Both the position numbers and the translations under genes were made by a program. The notes beneath the pieces were generated by a model. That model was given only the letters and a program-made list of their open reading frames with translations. It did no database searches and was not told the DNA's origin. From NCBI GenBank assembly GCA_951406725.2, contig OX597823.1:43524001-43588000 (forward strand): DNA of 64,000 nucleotides. The letters are read 5' to 3'. This DNA comes from Octopus vulgaris (lineage: Eukaryota). Positions 55,116 to 64,000 of this stretch are shown one piece after another (the first letter of the stretch is position 1; every line of letters begins with the position of its first letter).

Positions 55116-56045
55116 GGATGGATGGATAGATGGATGGATACTTAGTTATTTAGTTAGTTAGTTAGGTAAGCAGGTAGGTAGGTAGGTAGGTAGGTAGGTA
55201 GCAGGCAGGCAGACAGGTAGATAACTCGCGGGTGGATAAATAGATTCACTAGTTATAGGATGAGCAAGTAAATGGATAAATATACTGATAAGTAGAGAGA
55301 TAGATACATACATATTCATACGTTGTTAACCTTTTAAACTCAAAATTTCTGAAGAACACCAACCAATCATTGCAAAATTGCAAAATGCAACCACGCCCAC
55401 TTTATCACCCATTCGTCAATAATATTAGAGAGTTTGCTGGTTCAAATTTGATAAATGCTTAATAAATGGAATGTTGTATTTACAGGAATTTGATCTTTAA
55501 ATAAACCTTCAACTCTCATTTGATTGTCGCAAAGATTGTTAGACATTTGTAGTTGCGAAATTAGAAACTCCCTTTTCAGGTTAGTAACTTGTTTTTGCTG
55601 TTGATGCTTTTGCTGTTGTTGTTGTTGTTAAGCAACAAGACGGGTAAGGGTGATTAGGTGATTGTGTAGGGCTTAGGGGCGGGAGACCCCAAACCTTGGA
55701 AAAAAACAACTTTGGTCGTCTTGTTGTAGTCGAGGGATCTTCGTTGACGCCCGACACCACTGGGAGGTGGCCCTCGAAGTCGCTGGAAATGGAGATTTCC
55801 AGGTCCAAATTCTTGAATGACTGCTGCTGCTGCTGCTGTTATTGTTAATGTTATTCTCTTTCTCCCCCTCCTCCTCCTCTTCATTTCTTTTCTTCTCCTT
55901 CATATTATTATTGTTAGTGATAGTTTTTCTGTTGCCTAAATTCGCTTCTCATCAAGGTAAGTTACATATAATCAAAGTCACCCTAGCAGTGACTATTGCT
56001 CATGTTTTTTTCTGTAAAAGACACATACATTGATGGATAGATAGG

Positions 56046-56101
<56 letters not shown>

Positions 56102-56231
56102 CAGATAGGCAGACAGACAAACAGACAGACAGGTAGGTAGGTAGGTAGGTAGGTAGGTAGGTAGGTAGGTAGGTAGGTAGGTAGGTAGATAGATAGATAG
56201 ATAGATAGATAGATGATAGATAGATAGATAG

Positions 56232-56320
<89 letters not shown>

Positions 56321-56810
56321 GGATAGATAGATAGTTATAGATATATATACGAACTTTCTGTTAGTTAAAATATGTTAGTGACATATTTCAACTTCTGAAG
56401 CCAAATCCAATGCAGCTACCGCGGAGAAAAAGAAAACACAATATCTGTCCAGTGCTGCTCCTTGTCGGATTACCAGATGCATTTCTAGCTTTTTAACCAT
56501 TATCAATGGGAAATACCGAAACGAAGTAAATCTGGATAGGCTTAAAGCGATAGTTTTAACTAAAACACAGTCAACAACATTGACCGAGTTGCACCATTAG
56601 ACCGCTAGTTCGGAAGAGTTTCTGCAGAATCAGTACCAAGCAGAGTTAAGGTATGATCGAACTTCAGATTAGTTAAACTAGGTTTGTAACATATTTCAAC
56701 TTCGAAAGTTAAGCTCACTACTGTTATCGTGGAGAAAAAAATTCTCTCTTTTGGTAATAAGATGTAAAGACACCGTATCCGTCCAGTGCTAAAGAGCTAG
56801 AAATGCATCT

Positions 56811-57363
56811 AGGAATGACAGTTATCCATTAGTATGACTGTTACTCATTCCATTGTCTACATTTGTGCAATTTCGTCTTTTAGTAGCTTTTGCATTTCAA
56901 TTTTTTCCAGCTCTTTGTCACTCACTCATGCATCCCCAGGCATGGCAGTACAATATCACCTTGGTTTCCTTCTTCGTTTTTTATGCACTACAACAATGTC
57001 CGATCTCCAAGGATCAATCACTGAGTCACTGAATTGTAAAATCTCATTAGATTTTAGAATCATTATTCTCAGTGACTCCTTCCGGTTTATGCTCGTACCA
57101 TTTCTGTGTTCTTTCAAGGACTTATTGCTCTGGACTTATTTAAGCCTATCCAGATTTACTTCTCTTCGATATTTCCCATTGATAATGGTTAAAACTCTGC
57201 AGTGAAGAAAATTAGCTACGCTATGATGCCTTCTTTTGTATTCGTTTTGGACCAGTTTTCTACTCTCATTCACAATATGTGACGTCGTTTCGTTCTTGCA
57301 GCCATACATTCTACAAACGGGTGAGTCACTGCTCTTATCTATTCGGAACTTGGTGTAATCAGT
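56811..57363 (-). mobile_element. R4/Dong-like CCHC/RLE fragment interrupted by a locally templated insert
   Basis: RTDYTKFRIDKSSDSPVCRMYGCKNETTSHIVNE..EYKRRHHSVA (57363-57213); WYEHKPEGVTENNDSKI..DFTIQ (57105-57030). Confidence 0.8.
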
Positions 57364-58516
57364 TCACATAGATAAATATATACGTACACACACATGTATA
57401 CACACTCATACATACTTACTAACAAACATACATACACACATATATGCATGCATATACACATGCATACTACATGCACACATACATATCAAAAATTAAAATA
57501 GACAGCAATTTAAAATATTCCCGGCCAGAGTCGCCATGTCGTATCTCTGTGTCTATGTCTATGTCAGTTGTCAAAATATTCTTAATTCATTCTTTATATG
57601 GTCTGTTGTGGAAATCAGCTGATCTCTGCACACCAATGTAGTAAGAAACATACAAGGGAAAAGGATCATTGATAAAGAATTTGCAAATCCAGTTCCCAGG
57701 ACACATTTTCAGTCCCATACCTATTGATATTGGACCTTATAGCTGAACCTGGGATCTTGAGGAGAGAACGCAAATCCTTAATTCATATGCTACAAATGCT
57801 CACATTATTTAGGTCTACATAAATATGCAAGGCCTTCTTCATATTTAAGGGATTATGGTAAAAACAAGCTGCTCTCCTTCACAACTTGCTACCAAGTAGG
57901 TGGCCGGTGAAAATTTTCTTTAAATCAAAAAGTGAAAGAGAACATACATTCATACATAAATGTACAGATGCACACACACACACACATACATACATACATA
58001 CATACATACATACATACATACATACATACATACATAAAACCATTCATTCATACATGCATGCAAACACACGCACATGCATAGACATACATACATCTTTACC
58101 ACATTTCCAATATCTCTTACGGTTTCTTCTTGCACTCTGACCACCGCCCCTCCATTATACTTATCATTTTATCTCCCCTCACTCCTCTTTCTCTTCATAC
58201 CACTCCCATCCTATCTTTTCTCTTTCCCTCCTACCCTAGACCTGGAAACTCTAATTCAATTATTCTCTCTTTCACACTACACCTCCTCTTCCGACATCTC
58301 CTGCAAACTCTCCTCCTCACATTTCACATATCCCTCACTCGATTTCCACACCAACACCAACCACATCACGCACCTTCCTTCAAGCAACACCACCACCACC
58401 ACCAACATAACAACAACAACAAATAAACAACTTCAACTAAATAATGAATGGCTGTTTCAATACAAACAGTATAATTTTATAATTAGGCCGTAGCTCAGAT
58501 CATTGTTGTAAATTTA

Positions 58517-58577
<61 letters not shown>

Positions 58578-58659
58578 CATCTTCATCATCATCATTGTTA
58601 TTTTTATTTTGATTTTTGTTACCGCTCTTGTATTTTTATTTTATTTTATATCATTGTTT

Positions 58660-58877
58660 CTTTTGGTAGTGGTGATGGTGGTGGTAGTGGTGGTGGTGGT
58701 GGTGGTCTTGTTGGTGGCAGTGGTGGTGGTGGCGGCGGCAATGTTGCCAGCAGTTGCGAAATTAGTGTAGTGATGATGATGCTGCTGTGTGCAGCCGTTG
58801 CAATTGTAGTAATGATACTTTTGCGGCCATGTGGTGATTTCGTTCTGGAGGCGTGTTGGTGTTAGTACAGAGGTAGC

Positions 58878-58952
<75 letters not shown>

Positions 58953-58967
58953 GGTGGTGGTGGTGGT
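58660..58967. repeat. (GTG)n/(TAG)n compound microsatellite region
   Basis: Direct reading. Confidence 0.9.
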
Positions 58968-59569
58968 AACGTTGTGATGTTGTGGTCGATAATCATGTCG
59001 GTGCCTGTGTGCACTCCTTAGCATCTACACACACAAATATGTATGTATGAGTGTGTATGTGCACGTACGGGCGTGTGTCTGTGCATGTGTGCATGTGTGT
59101 ATGTGTGTGTGATATCTGTGTTGCGTGTGAGTGTCAGTATCCGGGTGCGAGTGTCTCTCATTGTATGTGTATGTACGAACGCGTGAATGTGTGTATGTGT
59201 GCGAGCGTGTGTGTGTGTGTATGTGTGTGTGTGTGTGTGTATGTGTGTGTGTGTGCGTGTGTGTGTGAGTGTGTGTGCGTTCACGCGCACATGTGTGTGT
59301 TTATTTTTGGCTTCTTTTGTTTACTTGTAGAAGATTCGAGCAAGAATTCATACGAGATGTCTTTGATGTTTTAAACACGGCCCAGAAAATGACGGTTCCA
59401 ATTCAAAATTTCAAGCTGATAATCACTCGTTAAGACCAACCGCTTGATCACAGTACACACAGCTTCCAGTCAGCTTGATCATATTAATTTCGATTCTCAG
59501 AAAAGAACAAGAAGAAAATGAAAGAAAAAAAAACTGTTAGGGGCAAAATTAGAGAATGCACGGAGAAAG

Positions 59570-59990
59570 AGGGGAGGGGAGTGCGGATGGGATGGATGGG
59601 AGGGGGAGGGGAGAGATGGGAGGGGGAGGGGGAGATGGGAGGGGGAGGGGAGGAGGAGGAGAAGAAGAAGAAGAAGAAGAAGAAGAAGAAGACGAAGAAG
59701 GAGGAGAAGAAGTAGAAGAAGAAGAAGTAGAAGAAGAAGAAGACGAAGAAGAAGAAGGAGGAGGAGGAGGAGGAGAAGAAGAAGAAGAAGAAGAAGAAGA
59801 AGAAGACGAAGAAGAAGGAGGAGGAGAAGAAGAAGAAGAAGAAGAAGAAGAAGAAGAAGAAAAAGGAGGAGGAGGAGGAGGAGGAGGAGGAGGAGGAGGA
59901 GGAGGAAGAAGAAGAAGAAGAAGAAGAAGAAGAAGAAGAAGAAGAAGAAGGAGCAGGAAGAGAAGAAGATGAAGAAGAAGAGAAGGATAT
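59570..59990 (+). repeat. Polypurine tract: G-run cluster followed by (GAA)n/(GGA)n
   Basis: Direct reading; source of the poly-E/G/R/L/S ORFs. Confidence 0.95.
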
Positions 59991-60489
59991 AAAACAAAGT
60001 GGACAAAGATGTTGAGAATGAGGGAAAACAATGTAGAGAGAAAGTGAGAAAAAAAGAATTTAAAATATTGTTAAAGTATAAAGTGAAAGAAAGAAAGAAG
60101 TAAAGAAGAATGAAGAGAGGACGAGAGCGTGAATGAAAAGATACAATTCGGAGAGGGAAATTTCATAACGAGAAATAGGAATGGTTGGAATTTAAGAAGA
60201 AACGAAAGAACAAGAAGCAGAGAATGAAAGAAAAAAGTGAATGAACGAACGTACGAACGGGCGAATGAACCAAGGAAGGAAATAGAAAGATTAGCAGAGA
60301 GACAGGGAGGGAGAGAGAGAGACAAACTCATATACCTATGAGAGATACCTATGAATGCGTTAGTAGACTCATGGATAGATAGAAATATATACATACATAC
60401 ATGCATACATACATACATGCATGCATGCATGCATACATACATACATACATACATACATACATACATACATACATACATACATACACATG

Positions 60490-60727
60490 CAGACGAATCA
60501 TGCCGACTCATAATGGCCAGTTTCCCCGGTTCCATGGGGCATATATACCCCACCTGGACGGGACGCCGGTCCGTTGCAAGATTACTCATTTTTTCCCAGC
60601 TGAGCGGAATGAAACAACGTGAAATGAAGTGTTTTGCTCAAGAACACAACGCATCGACCGGTCCAGGAATCGAAACCACAATCTTACGATCATGGGTCCG
60701 ACACTTTAATCACAAAGCCACAAACCT
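60490..60727 (-). mobile_element. tRNA-derived SINE family C
   Basis: Minus-strand head gtggctttgtga (A-box-like)..ggtttcgattcc (B box), then gttgtgttcttgagcaaaacactt; flanked by (CATA)n. Confidence 0.75.
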
Positions 60728-61263
60728 CCACTGTACCAGCATATATGTGTATATATGTACTATGTATGCATGCATACATGGGAATACATATATACATGCA
60801 TACATACATACATACATACATACATACATACATACATACATACATACATAAATACGTTGTTACGTTCAGCTTTTATATTCTTTTACCTATTTCATCTGTA
60901 AGACAGTGGTCATGCTGAAGCACATTCTGTAGGGTTTACTCGAACAAATTTATACATATACATACATACATATTTTACTTATATATTGATTATTGATTTT
61001 TATACATTTTGTGATCTAGTTATATGTTTTATAAAAATATATTTTATATATTTTAATTTTTATTTAGGATTTGGTTTATGTCTATCATTATTTGAATTGC
61101 ATAATAGTGTTTTTTTCCTCTAATTTATATATATATTTATATTATGAAATTTGATTTAATACGTAATTGAATTTTTCCCTGTAAGATTGGAGTTATACTC
61201 CCTAATATTATCATTATTATTATTATTATTATTATTATACACACACATATACATATACATACC

Positions 61264-61318
<55 letters not shown>

Positions 61319-61320
<2 letters not shown>

Positions 61321-64000
61321 GGACGAACGTTACCTTACCTCAGTTTATGAGAAACTCTGATTGTAACAGCGAAAATGAAGCTAGACCATTAAGGGAAAGC
61401 CTCTCGCGCGGCAGTGGTTCAGTAAAGATGCAGACTGACAACAGCTGTTAACGTAATACAGCATCAGTAGATAATAGAGCAAGGAGGAGGAAGGGGACTA
61501 GCGGAGAAAACAGGATAGCGATGCGGTGCTATTCAGAAAGTGAATCTAAAAGTAGGGGTACATAAAACGGGTGTAAACACTTTCGCTAGAGAAGGTTATG
61601 TTTATAGTGACTGAGCAGTGGTTGGTCAACCTAATACTATTAGAAGAAAGTGGTTGACAGAATTGGAGGTAGGAGAGATCACAAGATAACTGGAAAAGAA
61701 TGACCAGGCAATAGGAAAGGTAAGCAACAATATAAGAGACACATCACAAACCAAACAAGAATGTAAAGGAAAAAATAATAATAATGCTACCAATTAAGAA
61801 GGGACTACTGGTACCAACGACTTAAGTGATTTATGTGAACAAAATCAGACGATTTTAGATGAGTTGCAGTAAGTAATAGATAAAGAAGTAAGAAAAAGAT
61901 TGCCAGCATTAACAGGCACCAACAGAAGGAAGCTGCTAGAAATGACTAGGAAAGTAGATTATGCTATCACTAAGATAGACACTAAAATTTACTAGACACT
62001 AATTTACTGATCTATGCAGGAAGGGTAGTAGTCACCAGAAGGTTAGATATCTCACAGAGAAAGATTTAAAGAGAGCAAATGTGGAAAGGGAGACTACGAA
62101 ATAAAGTGAAGACTTTAAGACAAGAACTGAGTAAAATAGAAGCCTGAAAACTGAACAAGTTAGGAAACGCAAGTTGCAAATCTTCCCTCGAGAAAAGATA
62201 CTTAGTCAAAGATAAAGGATTTGGGACAGTAATAGCAGGGATAAAACAGCGTATCATAGCAGTAGCAGGCAAGCTCTCCTCATATCAGAAAATAATAGAT
62301 CAGCATCAACGGAAAAGATTATTTGGGACAGAACAGAGGAGATTTAATAATGAAACAAATAGTGGAGAACGAAGTACTGAAGATGAGAAACCCAACGCAG
62401 AAAAAAACTAGAAAGTATTGGAGTAATATTGTGGATAAACCAGTCAATCATAATGAAGATGCAGTATGGTTAAAGAAAGTGACGGAAGAAGTAGAAGTGA
62501 GAAGCAGCCAGATCTAAGACTAACTAGTGCATTAATGAAGAAATTATTAAGAAAAATGCCGAATTATAAGGGGCCCAAGGCGAATTTTAGTGCAATGGTA
62601 CTAGCTAGAGAAATTTAATAGTTTACATGGAAGGCCGGGGGAACAAATTCAAGATTGTCTTAATGGACGAAGAATAGCAGATTGGATTAATAGAAGGAGG
62701 ACAATAATCATCATGAAAGATAAGAGTAAGGGTAATACAGCTAGCAACTATAGAAGAATCACTTGCTTACCATTGATGTGGAGGTTTTCAGGAGCTTTCA
62801 TAAGCTTTTACGAGCACTCTAGCAAGCAGAATTTACTGCTAGAAGAACAGAAGGGTTGCAGGAAGAAGGCTAGAAGAACGCATGATCTATTATACATAAA
62901 CAAGGCAGTTCTAAATGAAGTAAATGCTAGAAAGAAAAATCTAATAATAGCATAGATAGACTATAGAAAAGCCTATGACATGATCTAACACTCATGTATA
63001 ATTATATGTTTGAGTATATTCAGTATAGCAGACAACATAAGAGAATTAATTAGCTGTAGCATGAAGAAATGGTAAGTAGATCTCTATTCAGGTGACACAC
63101 TTTTCGGGAAATAATATCAAAAGAGGAATTTTCCAGGAGGACTCGTTGTACCCTTTAATATTTGTTTTGGTTGATCCTCCTCAGGTTAGTACTAAGGAAG
63201 ACAAAGGTAGGGTATCAATTCAGAAATAGTAGGGGGGAAATGAACCATTTGCTCTACATGGATGATATGAAGGTTTTTAGTAAGAATGAAAAAGAGATAG
63301 ATTCCTTAATACAAACTGTAAGACTCTTCAGCAAAGATATAGGCATGGAATTTGGTATAGATAAGTTTGAAATATTAGTCATGAGAAGGGGACAGGTATC
63401 AACAGCTAAGGCATCCAATTACCAGATGACCAGACATTAAAATCATTGAAAGAAGGATAGAGTTACAAATATATAGGAGTATTATAATCTGATAGAGTAC
63501 AGAAATGAAAACGAAAATTGAGGAGTACATCAGAAGGGTGAGAAAGCTAATGAAGTCAAAGCTAAATGGTCCGAATCTAGTGACGGCTGTAAATACTTGG
63601 GCAGTATCATTACTTAGATACTCAACAGCTTTTGTAGATTGAACAAAAACTGAATTAGCAAAGGTAAACAGAAGTGGGGAACAAACCAATATGAATGGAG
63701 GACTCCACCCAAGGGCAGGAGTAACAAGATTATAACTACCTAGATAGGAAGGCAGAGTTTTAATATAAGTATAAGACTGCGTGAAGTTAGCTAAGTATGG
63801 ACTCCTATGCAGTTAATAGTGAAGAAAGTTTATTAAAATCTGCTTCAGTCACAGCAAGACATAGGGAAACCAAACATCCAAACGAACTTAAAAACTAGAA
63901 AAAAGAACAGAAATTATCTGACTGGATTGAGTTGCATGGTAGATTCCCAAACATAGTTGCAGCAAATGATAGTAGTGAGACATGGTTATGGTTGCAGAAA
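61319..64000 (+). mobile_element. Near full-length decayed R4/Dong-clade non-LTR retrotransposon (5' end through RT), continuing past the window
   Basis: N-terminal RRRKGTSGENRIAMRCY..; RT motifs NYRRITCLPLMW, EEQKGCRK, IDYRKAYDMI, KRGIFQEDSL, HLLYMDDMK, IGMEFGIDK, YKYIG; many stops and frameshifts. Confidence 0.92.

Noticed and set aside
55581-55903. Three overlapping minus-strand ORFs, one with an RQRR furin-like site
   Set aside because: They start in low-complexity sequence with no acceptor or recognisable family; not called as CDS

Overview
AT-rich, microsatellite-saturated eukaryotic non-coding DNA (intron or intergenic). The SINE families and repeat spectrum look like an octopus/coleoid cephalopod genome (inference from recognised repeat types). 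No intact host gene is evident, and almost all listed ORFs are microsatellite translations. Real content: (1) many decayed R4/Dong-type RLE non-LTR retrotransposon pieces, several stacked head-to-tail in (TAA)n tracts, plus one near full-length copy from ~61319 running off the window; (2) Tc1/mariner elements: a full-length DD34D copy with perfect 27-bp TIRs, a DD37D/maT-type copy, a mariner MITE and a mariner with an internal inversion; (3) three tRNA-derived SINE families; (4) Penelope-like remnants in (TA)n tracts carrying hammerhead-ribozyme cores, one or two near intact, including a perfect 132-bp palindrome; (5) two imperfect HDV-like ribozyme candidates and two regulatory-motif clusters in unique-looking sequence. 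Boundaries of decayed elements are approximate; all analysis was by eye.
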